64,000 nt of DNA from Camelus dromedarius (lineage: Eukaryota): assembly GCF_036321535.1 (NCBI RefSeq), contig NC_087437.1:111106001-111170000 (forward strand), written 5' to 3'. The notes below the pieces were generated by a model. The model did not search any database, was not told the DNA's origin, and saw only the letters and a list, made by a program, of their open reading frames with translations. Each line of letters opens with the position of its first letter. Position 1 is the stretch's first letter. Below are positions 53,530 to 64,000 of the stretch, one piece after another. The position numbers were made by a program, and so were the translations under genes.

Positions 53530-54164
53530 CCACAAATCACATCGTGTCCCTAATAAAACATTTACTTTCAAATCCCATCTATTGACATAATTCCACGAAC
53601 CATATCAAAGCAAAAGCATGCTATTTTGTCATGGAGGTGCCATCCACAGCCCCTTAGTATTGTCACTCCACTCAGAGACTCAGTGATTTCAGAATCGGGG
53701 TTAGAGGGGAATCCAAGCAAAATATGACCACAGATGAGTTATGCTAAGTAAAACCAATCCCCCAGGGCTACTTACCTGCATCATCTTTTCTACCCTCCCA
53801 ACCCCACTCCCTCTCCCTTTTATTAAAACACAATAGATGAATACTTAAACCTTCCCAAGCCTGTTCTTAAATACACGTTTTGTTTATCTGGGAGGCTGTC
53901 ACCACAGCCTGAGTCAAGCCCCTCCCCTACTGCAGCCCCTACCCCAAAACCTATTCTTTAGGTGCTTCTCCAATGCCACCCCTCCCTTCCCACCTTCAGT
54001 GAAAACTCCTAAGTATTTGGAGTAATGTTTGATTAAGGTGCTTCACATAGATGTGTGAATAACCGATGGCCTTTAGTTACCAGGTTATACTCTTCCTTTG
54101 ACAGAGAATTTTAGAGAAACTCCAATTAGGAACAAATCGTTAGGAAATTTTATTTAACCAGTGT

Positions 54165-54385
54165 TTTAGAGCACAGTGTTTGGGACCTCTTTCTGCTTAC
54201 TAGCTGTGTTACTTCAACAACTGCTATAACCTCGCTGTGCTTCGGTTTCCTCCTATGTGAGTTGGGATCATAAAAGTACCTGTCCCATAAGGTTGTTGTG
54301 AGGATTAAATTAAGGAATGTATGTAAAGCATTTGCAATAGAGCCAGACAGAGAGAAATGCTACACAGGTATTAGGTATTACTGCC
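54165..54385 (+). mobile_element. MIR
   Basis: cttactagctgtgttac...aacctcgctgtgcttcggtttcctc...ataaggttgttgtgaggattaaat...atgtaaagcattt. Confidence 0.8.
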
Positions 54386-54548
54386 ATCACTGTCACCGCT
54401 GTCATTATTATTACCATCATCAACATCATCATCATTATCAACACCATCATCAACATCACCATCACCACCATCATCATCACCATCACATCATTATCACCAT
54501 CATTACCATCATTGTTATCAACACCATCACCACCATCATCATCACCAG
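54386..54548. repeat. Imperfect (CAT/CAC)n trinucleotide repeat
   Basis: Direct reading; lies at the MIR 3' end. Confidence 0.9.
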
Positions 54549-55319
54549 CAGCAGCCATGGCATTTTCCTTCCATCATCCATCAAAAGGGCAAAACTTGAC
54601 TTCTATCTCCTTACGTTCCCCCTTTCCCTTAGTAAATTCAATCTCAGATGAATTTTCTACATATTAACATCACCAAAGGGCAGACTGTGGAAGGAAGTTG
54701 TGATCAAAGTTAATAAATGTAAGAATTTTACTCGAGTTTTGAATTTAGGATCTGCCTGCATGTAAATTTCCCCAGACTGGTTCCCAAACCATGCTTTATA
54801 GATCTACTAAGCAGTGCTATTTTTATTTTCCTATTCCTCTGTCACAGTGAGTTTCTCTTGTGGGGTGAAATAAATACAGTTTTGAGTATTTGAACCCAGT
54901 ATTTTCTTCTTTGCTCTAAATTCCGAAATGTTTTGCAAAATATGGGAAAACGGAGCTTGATATGTCAGTTGCGTTTTTTCCTGCCAAAAAGCTGTTTTGA
55001 TTTTAGGCTCCAGTCATAGGTGGAAGACATTCAGAATACGAGGGTTTACATTTCTGAGCCTGCACACATGCGACCTGCAGGCCACCCTGGCCTCATGCTC
55101 TTGCCCGTGGAAGGTATTACTGATAGATTGTGGTTTTCCTTGCTGAGTTCAAAGGCAGTGCTAAGGCGCCTTCTCAACACAGAGCTTTAGTCAACTTCCA
55201 GCAACCACCGGCGCTTGAGAGAAAACCGATTTGGCATCCCTGAGATGTTCTTCACACTTCCGTCACTTCCCATTCAAACTTTAGTGTTTGGGCTTCTGTT
55301 TTGAGAAGCATATCGGTGC

Positions 55320-56630
55320 AATGATGGTTCATTGGGCAGTTCCACACTTGGAGTGTTTTGGAAATCTGTGGGAATTTTTTTTCCTGTTTATTTTATTTTT
55401 TCTATGTTATCAATGTCTCTGGTTTTTCTGTGTGTGTTAAAATATACATAAAATATACATACCATAAAATTTACTATCTTAAACATTCTTAAGCGTACAG
55501 TTCAGTGGCATTAAGTACATTCACAGTGTTGTGCAACCATCACCACCGTCCATTTCCAGAACTTTGTCATCATCTCAAACTGAAGCTCTGTACCCGTTAA
55601 GCATTAACTCCTCATTCTACTCCCACATTTCCTTGTCATCATTCTACTTTCTGTTTCTATGAATTTGCCGGCTTTAGATACCACTAAAGTGGAATCACAC
55701 AGTATTTGTCATCTTGTGAATGACTTATTTCCCTTCGTGTTGTAGGGATAGACCGTATTTTGTTTATCTGTTCATCTGTTGGTGGGCACTTGGATTGCTT
55801 CCGCTTTTTGACTATTCTGAATGATGCGGATATAAACATGGTCATACAAGCATCTGTTGGACATTCTCCTTTCAGATCTTTTTGGGTACATATTCAGAGG
55901 TGGGATTGCTGGATCCTATGGTAATTCCATGTTTAATTCTTTTTAAGGAACTTCCCTGGTGCTTTCCTTAGCAACTGCACTGGTCTGCATTCTCACTGGC
56001 AGTGCACAGGTATTCCCAATTCTCCACATCTTTGTGGGACTTTTTTGTTGTTACAGTGATTAGGGACATTCTTGGCACTTAGTAGGCTGGAGCATGGGTT
56101 GCTTGTCATCCTACAATGAGTGAGGTTTTCCCTCATAATGAAGAATTGTCCCTCGGCTTACATTATTCTCAAATGTCTTGTTGGTCATTCATGTAGGTGA
56201 AAAATTGGCCGATAGTGATTGAATCCTAGACCTGAACTCTAGTTTATATGTAACACAAATTATTTTTATATACTTTTAATATGCAATAAATCCTAGTTGA
56301 GTTACAACCATATAAATGGAAATAACGTTGCATTCTGGTTTGTGAGAGCTCGTTACCAGGAGTCACCGTTTCTGAAAATATCATCACTGATGGCAACACT
56401 CTGCTGGGATTTGAGTTGCCAATGTGACACACCCATTTTAATCAGCAGTCGTAGCTGTCCTGTTCCTGGAGTTCTGCACGGAACACAAGCATCTGACTAC
56501 TCAGTGATGTCTTCCATTGTAGTCAAGTGTGAGCATGACTTCAGGTGTGGGTTGGCCATACTATCTACCGATTTCATTTTAGGGCAGTAAAATAGATGAT
56601 TCAAATACTTAATATAAAGACAGTCCACTG
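55320..56630. mobile_element. MER20B-like hAT-Charlie element split by an L1 insertion
   Basis: gaagaattgtccc...cattcatgtaggtgaaaaa...atttgagttgccaat...caagcatctgactac, resembling MER20B as recalled. Confidence 0.65.
55381..56032 (-). mobile_element. L1MB-like 3' end with TSD
   Basis: ttcagtggcattaagtacattcacagtgttgtgcaaccatcaccacc...gggattgctggatcctatggtaattc. TSD tgtgggaatttttt (55367-55380) / tgtgggactttttt (56033-56046). Confidence 0.85.
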
Positions 56631-56684
56631 CTAAAGACAAAGGGTTGCTTTTCTTATCTCTGTCGAAGAGGGTGTTGCAATCAA

Positions 56685-57947
56685 CTGAGTGTGTCACCTC
56701 AAAGTTTGTACGTTGAAACCTAACCCTCATATAATGGCATTAGAAGGTGGGGGCCTTTGGGAGATGATTAGGTCATGAGTGTGGACCCCTGGTGATGGAA
56801 TTATTGTTCTTATAAAAGGGACCCCAGAGGGTCTCACTCTCTAGGTCATGTGAGGTTACAGGGGAAAGATGGCTGTCTAGGAAGCAGATTCACACCAGAC
56901 ACTGCATCAGCTGAGACTTTTTTTTTTTAGCTCCTCCTTTTTTCACACTCCCCCCACCTTTTAAAAACTGAAGTACAGTTGATATACAATGTTTTAGTTT
57001 CAGGTGTCTAGCAAAGTAATTCAGTTACACACACACACACACACATATTTCCAACTTCTTTTCCATTATAAGTTATTATAAGATATTGAATATAGTAATA
57101 TAGTTCCCTGTGCTATACAGGAGGACCTTGTTGTTTATCTATTTTATATATAGTGGTTTGTATCTGTCAATCCCATACTCCTAGTTTTTCTCTCCCCTCT
57201 TCCCCTTTGGCAACCATGTTTGTTTTTCTATGTCTGTGACTCTATTTCTGATAAGCTCATTTGTATCATTTTTAAAGATTCAACATATAAGTGATATCAT
57301 ATGGCATTTGTCTTTCTCTGTCTTATTTACTTCACTTAGTATGATCATCTCTATGTCCATCCATGTTGCTGCAAATGGCAATATTGCATTTTTTATGGCT
57401 GAGTAATATTCCACACATGTATATCACATCTTCTTTATCCATTCATCTGTTGATGGACATTTAGGTGGCTTCCATTTCTTGGCAGTTGTAAATGGTGCCG
57501 TTATGAACATTGAGGTGCATGTATCGAATTTTCAAACTAGAGTTTTTGTCTTTTCTGAGTATATGCTCAAGAGTGGGATTGCTGGATCATATGGTAACTC
57601 TATTTTTCATTTTTTAAGGGACCTCCATACTGTTCTCCAGAATGGCTGCACCAATTTTTATTTCCACTAACAGTGTAGGAGGATTCCCCCTTTTCCATAG
57701 CCTTTCCAGTGTTTATTATTTGTAGACTTTTTGATGATGGCCATTCTGACCGGTGTGAGGTGATACTTTATTGTAGTTTTGATTTGCATGTCTCTAATAA
57801 TAAGCGACTTTAAGCACCTTTTCACGTTTGGCTAGGACTTTGATCTTGGACTTCCCAGCTTCCAGAACTGTGAGAAGTTAATGTCTGTTACTTGTAAGTG
57901 ACCCAGTCTATGGTATTTTGTTATAGCAGCCAGAATGGACTAATACA
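56685..57947 (+). mobile_element. MLT1A-like LTR split by an L1 (halves 56685-56919 and 57831-57947)
   Basis: 5' half ggggcctttgggagatgattaggtcatgag...caccagacactgcatc. 3' half ttgatcttggacttcccagcttccagaactgtgaga...gactaataca. Confidence 0.85.
56920..57830 (-). mobile_element. 5'-truncated L1 (ORF2 end and 3' UTR)
   Basis: gatggccattctgaccggtgtgaggtgatac, ccatccatgttgctgcaaatggc, poly-T at left end, degenerate TSD gctgagactt / gctaggactt. Confidence 0.92.
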
Positions 57948-58954
57948 GAGGCATTATGTGCTGGCCTTCTAGTATGCTGAGCTTGAGTGGCATGTGTATG
58001 TGTGGGTGTGTGTGTTTTGTTTGTTTTTGTTTTTCTGATAGTGGTAACTGATTTAGGCTAACCCACCTCCACTCCCTCCAAGTCCATACATACACTGACA
58101 AAAACCAGATTTTTGAGAATGACATCACCTGTGGCTCAGTTACCAGGTAAGATTCTCAGATGTACATGAGATTGAGGGCACCAGTTGGCCCTCGTTTCTG
58201 CCATTCTCTGACTATCCATGAATTTGGGGTCTTCAAATAACTTTTAATTTTATGGCATCTTAAGATAGATTTAGAAATGACATGTCATGAGTATGTCTAC
58301 CTCATTTGACAAAACTGATTAATTAAAAAAGTATTGATTGGCCTCTGTTTTGTGCTGGGCCTTGTTTGAGGTACGGGGGACGTGGGGGAGAACAAAATAG
58401 GTCCCTTAAAAAAGGTATCAAAAGTCTGGAAACTGAATCCCTTTTTGATATAGCGATCGCCTAGGTACTTATCCTAAGGAAATTACTAGGAAATTGTGCA
58501 AAGGTGGATGAGCAAGTATGCATTGTGCATCAGATGAAAGTAAAAATCAGGAAAAAGTCTAGCCGTTAACAATAGAGGACTGATTAAGTGAGTTATTATA
58601 TACTTACACGATGGAGAGCTAGATAGCCATTAAAATTAAAATTATATGTACATTTATTAAAACAGAAGAACAAAACTGACATATATTTGGTGGAAAAGTT
58701 GACTATAGGCTGTATGTGTATCATTCATTTCAAAAACTTGTATATATTTATATGCATATATTTTTGTTCGAAAAAAGTTCTGGAAAGATATGCACCAGTG
58801 GTGAGGGAGGGGGAGGTTTAAATTTCATTGAATTTTTGTTTTCTGTTTACAGAAATTTCTTTTACAACAACCATGTATTAAATTGAATGTAATTTTGAAA
58901 TGAATATACTTTCCACAAACATCTAAAATAAATAAAATTTGTCTATAGACTTGG

Positions 58955-59340
58955 TATATTAGTTTGCTAGGGCTGCCGTAAGAATGAACTAGAGACTAGT
59001 TGCCTAAATAACAGGGATTAACTTTCTCACAGTCTTAGAGGCTACAAGTCTGAGATCAAGGTATCGGCAAGACTGGTTTCTTCTTTGTCTTTTCTCCTTG
59101 ACTCGTAGACGGCCGTCTTCTCCTCGGGTCTTCACATGGTCCTCCCTCTGTATGTGTTTGTGTCCTAATCTCCTCTGCTATAAAGACACTGGTCGCAGTG
59201 AATTAGGGCCACCCTAATGACCTGATTTTAACTTAATTACCTCTTTAACGACATTATGTCAAAGTACAGTTGCATTCTGAGGTCCTGGAGGTCAGGCCTT
59301 CAACATTTGGATTTGCGGGGAACACAATTTAGCCTGTAAC
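58955..59340 (-). mobile_element. MLT1A/B-like LTR
   Basis: ttagtttgctagggctgccgtaa...ttctcacagtc...aagtctgagatcaaggt...attagggcccaccctaatgacc...cattctgaggtcctgg. Confidence 0.85.
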
Positions 59341-60440
59341 GCTTGCCTTCCAAATAAAATAAGAAAGTCTAATAGTTTTCACATGGAACACTTTCTGCTA
59401 TAAAAACATAATTACAGTGTGAAGCTATAATGATGCTAGTAATTATTTTATAGCATGCTAAAAGTGATTTTCTCCATTTAGATATAGATTCCCAGAAGGT
59501 CACTGGTGATATGAAGACAATCCAAATGCATACCAGCAAAGCAGTCTCTCTTCCTAACTGGGTTCATGATTTGCAATATTTGAATTGAGTACCTTTCTTC
59601 CTTTGAGGGCAGCAGTCAATCAACCCACATTTACTGGACACCCACAGGGTGTGGTACATTTTACTAGATATGAGGGTGAATTAAAAGTAAATAGAAGCTC
59701 AACTTATGCCCTGAAGGAGCTTTTAATTTCTGGGGGACATAGAAAATTCCCACTGAACATAAATACATTCATAATGAAACATTTTGTGTGGGGTTTAGAG
59801 ACCAGCAATCTAATTTATTTTGTGGAAAGTGACATATTTTGTAATTAAGGGACCACGAAATAACGGGAGCAGCCAGGACTCTTGACTCCCTGCCCAGTTT
59901 TTTTCCCATCAGATCAGCTCCCCAGCTTCAGGGTAAAGTTGTGCACTAGATGCCGGGGGAGCTATAAGCAAAGAAAAAAAATCAGGTCCTGGCATCAGGA
60001 AGAGCATTTCAAATGCATCGTAGGGGAGGGAGGAGCCAGGAATTGGGAGGAAAGGCACAGGGAGAATGGTTTTAATATCCTGGTCTAAGAGGTCACTGTG
60101 TGTCACTGTGTGGCAGAGAAAGTAAGGCGCTCCTTTCAGGCCGAGGGAGGGAGATGGGCAAGGTGGGGTGTGTGTAGGGGGCGTTGAGGGGGATGGAGAG
60201 TGGGGGGGGTGGGGGGAGGAAGGAGAGATTCTCCCCTGGAAAAGCGTGGGCGGGGCTATGTAAAGAGCAGGCCTGGCAGAAGTAGAGGTTGCCAGAACCC
60301 CTGTCATGTTCCACAGCTTGTTTCACTGCAAATTATTTCTTGATCTGGTTAGAAGAAATTTAAAGTTTTCTCTTGGGGATGCTGAAAAGTCCATAGGTAT
60401 TATTCCATCCAATCCAGGGTGGTCAAATGGATTCATTCTT

Positions 60441-60616
60441 TTTTTTTTTAATTTTTAATTTATTTTTTTAATTTTTAAATTTTTTTTGGTGGGGAGATAG
60501 ATTATTTATTTATTTGTTTATTGGTTTATTTATTTTTATTGGAAGTACTGGGGATTGTACCCAGGACCTCGTGCATGCTAAGCATGTGCTCTACCACTGA
60601 GCTATACCTTCTTCCC
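60441..60616 (-). mobile_element. vic-1-like SINE
   Basis: ggtactggggattgtacccaggacctcgtgcatgctaagcatgtgctctaccactgagctatac-type body. TSD tggattcattctt / tggatacgttctt. Confidence 0.9.
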
Positions 60617-60639
60617 TGGATACGTTCTTAAAGACAAGC

Positions 60640-60805
60640 ATGTGAGTGTGTGTGTGAGTGAGTGTGTTTATGTGAGGGAGTGTGTGTGTGAGGAGTGCCT
60701 GGGTGTGAGTGCCAGAAGAGTGCATGTGACTGCATGAACACGTGTGTGTGTCAGTGTACATGAGTGTGCACATGAGTGTGTGTGAATGTGGGAGTGTGTG
60801 GGCGT
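60640..60805. repeat. Degenerate (TG)-rich simple repeat
   Basis: Direct reading. Confidence 0.8.
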
Positions 60806-60849
60806 TTGTACAGGAGAGTGCCTGTCTGCATGTTGGCCCTAGAAGCCAC

Positions 60850-61331
60850 TGTGTTTGTTTCCTGTTGCAGCTGTAAGATGTCACATACTGAGTGGCTTGA
60901 AACAATACAAATTTATTGTCTTCTATTTCTGAAGGTCAGAGGTCCGAAATGGCTCTCATTGGGCTACAGTTGAGGTGTCGGCAGGGCTGTGTTCCTTCTG
61001 GAGACTCTAGGGGAGAATCTTGCCTTTTCCAGCCTCCACAGGCTACCCTCGTTTCTTGATTTGTGGCCGTTTTCCATCTCCAAAGCCAGCCAGGGCAGGC
61101 AGAGTCCTTCTCAAATGTTTACTCTGACCTCTTCTTCTGCCCCCTCATCTACTTTTAAGGATCCTCAGGATGGCACTGAGCCCACCTGGATAATCCAGTG
61201 TCATTTATTGTAAGGTCAGCTGATGAGCAATCTTATTCTATCTGCAACCTCAATTCTCCCTTGACGGGTAAACTTACATGTTCAGATTTCAGGGGTTAGG
61301 AGGGGGACATGATCATTATTATGCCTACCAC
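60850..61331 (-). mobile_element. MLT1C/D-like LTR
   Basis: gagtggcttgaaacaatacaaatttatt...gaggtgtcggcagggctgtgttccttctggag...gcccacctggataatccag...attatgcctaccaca. Confidence 0.85.
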
Positions 61332-61899
61332 AGTCACCATCATAATCACTAGAAGAGTGTGTAAAGCCTCTTTCCCCTTGTTTTCCCCATGTTGACATGC
61401 CTCGGCGGGCGGGGGCGGCAGACAACAGGCTAGAGAAGGAGGTGTATTTAGCAAAAGTGATTCAGCTCCACGCCCACTGAGATCCACTGGATGAAATGCT
61501 ATCCTGAGGTAGCATTTGTCTTTTCTCAAACAGCATGTCAGGACCTTTGTGGTGACCTCTCCAAGCCCTTCATTTTTATGTGTGAGGAAATGGAAAGCCA
61601 GGCTGGCGAAGCGGCTTCTCCAAGGTTTCCCAGCTGGTGGGGGCAGAGCTCGAACAAGAGCCTCGGTGCTCCATCCACTGCTCTTCTGACTGTTACGCTC
61701 ATCAATTTTGCTAGATTATTGTCCTGCCTTTTTTTCCAACTGAAAGAGATGTGGTTTTTGACCTTCGGAGGTATTTAATTCTCTTGACTAGCAAAGCATA
61801 TCCTTCTGTTTGTGTATGTGTCTTGAAAGCAATTGCAATAATTGGATAAGATGCTTACATGGTTTTGCTGCGTTGACTGCCTGAGGCACCTAATGAGAC

Positions 61900-62070
61900 G
61901 AGGAGGTGAAAGTCTACATGAATGTGCCTGGCATTCAATCCGGGGTACCGTGGTTTCAAGAAGATGCAGACAGATTGGCAGAGGTTCAGAACAGATCAGC
62001 TAGAATGATGAAAAGAGGGGAAGATTGAAGCAGCTAAGCAGGGACTGCTTCACTAAGCAGTCAGCCGGCT
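61900..62070 (+). mobile_element. L3/CR1-like fragment
   Basis: tttcaagaagatgcagacagattggcagaggttcagaacagatcagctagaatgatgaaa, resembling the CR1 ORF2 end (KKD..KLE.VQRRA.KM). Confidence 0.5.
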
Positions 62071-62278
62071 GGAAGGACTTCTATGAATATTTTCAAGCTA
62101 CGACAAAGAGGGGGCATAATTACTTTAGCATTTTGGTAGGTCTAAGAAAACGCACTGTGTGTAGACACAATGAAAAAAAAACCTAATTTGTACCAACATT
62201 AAGGTATCAAATCATTTTACTTTAACTTTTGGTTGCTCTCAGCCTGTAGACATTCTTTTTCTCACTTTGGCTGATTGC

Positions 62279-62385
62279 TAGGTGACCAGTTGTCCCAGAT
62301 TTCCTGGGCCTGAGAATTTTCCTGGGATGCAAGACTGTCAGTGCTGAAACCGACGCAGTCCAGGGCAGACCAGGGCAGTTTGCCT
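62279..62385. mobile_element. MER94-like hAT-Blackjack MITE
   Basis: ggtgaccagttgtcccagatttcctggg...gactgtcagtgctgaaacc...gtccagggcagaccaggg. Confidence 0.65.
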
Positions 62386-63359
62386 AGATGCTGACTATAC
62401 CGGGTGTCTCATAGCCTATGAGGGTCATGATCTCGGCCTAACCTGTCTGTCCACCAGGGGACACTGAGATATCATAAGGCAACCAGAAATTATGTTTGCA
62501 TAGGGATTCCAAATCTCCTTGGAAATGGTGAAGAGATTGCTGGGACTCATGGTTGAGTCTTAGAATACCTACTTGAGCAGTTTGGCTCTAATCAGGGAGG
62601 CAAAGCCTGCCCACCGTGGCTGTTATCAGGAGGCATCTGAGTGTTTCAGGAAGGTGGGGGAAATGGCTTGAGATTGCCCTGATTGTCCTGAGGTTCCTGT
62701 TCCGATGTAGTGACCAAGATGTTTGATATAGTACTAGATAATGTCTCTCAAACGCTCTCTAGTTTCAACAGAAAGTGTGAGGCTATGTTTTGGGGCCCTG
62801 GACATGTGTCACCACTGAGGGAGGACAGTGTTGGTGTTAAGGGCCCTGCAGAAGCAGTGGGAGAGGTGTTTGGACGTTGGCATTGGTAGCAGAGGATGGC
62901 TAATCACTTTTCAGTAGCAAAAACTGCATCCATCAAGCTAGACCATCAAATAATGAAAAAAAAAGAGTGAAAACAAAGTGAACAAAAACATCAAATGAGA
63001 GACCATGAGGCTCCTCCAAAAAGAGAAGACATTTAACAGAAACTTAGAAACACAGTAGTAAGTCCTGGTGAGCCTTCCTCCAAACCAAATATGATCTCTG
63101 TTTTGACCCAAGTTGTCAGAGTCTGAAAATCCTGTTTTTCCAGAACAGAGAGACTGGTGCCCTGGAGTTGGATGACCCCCTGGGAAGATTAGGCAAAGGT
63201 ACATATTGGAGGCAGGAATCAGGATCGAGACAGGTTGCTGAAATGTGAAAACAGAAAGAAGGCAGAGAAGTTGAGTTGAAAGCAGCCCAGTCGTGGCTAT
63301 CAGAAGTGATGTGTGGGGCGGGCTATGGAAAGGATATTTAATTAGCCTTCTTGCACATA

Positions 63360-63830
63360 CTGAATCAGCCAGTATTCTTAGTTGTATGCAGGATAAAATG
63401 ACTGGCTGATTAAAGTAGAAAAGGAATTTGCTGCAAGACTAACAGGCATTTCATGGAAGATTCTGGAACTAGAAAGCAAGGGAAAAAAAAATGCCTAAAA
63501 CCACATCACGGAGAGGACAGTTTGATGCCACAGCCTGCCCCAGTGCCGTGGTTTCTGTTGCTGATCCAGGAGCTCCATGCCTCGAATCACCATCCTTCTG
63601 CCATTTCTGCTGCCACTGCTGCCTCTACCTCAGTCTTCCTGCCACTGTCACACACACACATATGCAGAATTCCCTGCCATTCTGGCTTCATAGCAGTACT
63701 TACTCCTCATCTGAAGTCCAGGTGGATGTGTCTGATGTAAGGAATCTGGGTTCAAGGAGGCTGGAGAAGAAAACACCTGCCATTTTCAGCATCTATCAGG
63801 TTGCCTTTGTATCCCTTGGAGACTCAGTGT
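63360..63830. mobile_element. Old MLT1 (M/N/O-like) LTR remnant
   Basis: gtattcttagttgtatgcag...ctggctgattaaagtagaaaaggaatt...aagtccaggtggatgtgtctgat. Confidence 0.45.
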
Positions 63831-64000
63831 GGGGAACGAGAGGCTGGCTAGTCAGGGAGAACGACAATGGTCCTTTAGCTGCCACCCCTTTGGTGGCCCA
63901 ACAGCAGCATATACTCTTATCCTTATACGTTCTACCTAACAACCATCATTCATGCCATTGAAAATATGCTCCCCGCTCCTAAGTCTCATTGGTTCTGGGT

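Noticed and set aside
54298..54651. His-rich 117-aa ORF
   Set aside because: Translation of a MIR plus a (CAT/CAC)n microsatellite, with a non-ATG start and no gene structure.
1..64000. CRISPR arrays, operons or other prokaryote-type systems; a second gene upstream of SCAF4
   Set aside because: The sequence is mammalian. I found no repeat-spacer arrays and no other exon with recognisable protein similarity.

Overview
Mammalian genomic DNA, very likely camelid (alpaca/camel), judged from eight copies of a tRNA-derived SINE that resembles the camelid vic-1 family. Positions 1-~20600 hold the 5' part of SCAF4 on the minus strand. Its CpG-island promoter is followed by coding exon 1 (MDAVNAFNQE), a 17.5-kb intron 1, and exons 2 and 3, which encode the start of the CTD-interacting domain; the gene continues off the left edge. 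The remaining ~43 kb is intergenic and repeat-rich: L1, L2, MIR, L3/CR1, MaLR/ERVL and Gypsy-like LTRs, a young ERV1-type solo LTR, hAT/Tigger DNA transposons and microsatellites. No other protein-coding gene or RNA gene is supported, and I see no clearly new biological system. The best leads are regulatory: the uORF arrangement of the SCAF4 5' leader, candidate stop-introducing cryptic exons in intron 1, a GC-box/CCAAT/TATA cluster at ~46.95 kb, and a gap-free 134-bp local duplication. Repeat family names are recalled from consensus sequences and need RepeatMasker/Dfam confirmation.
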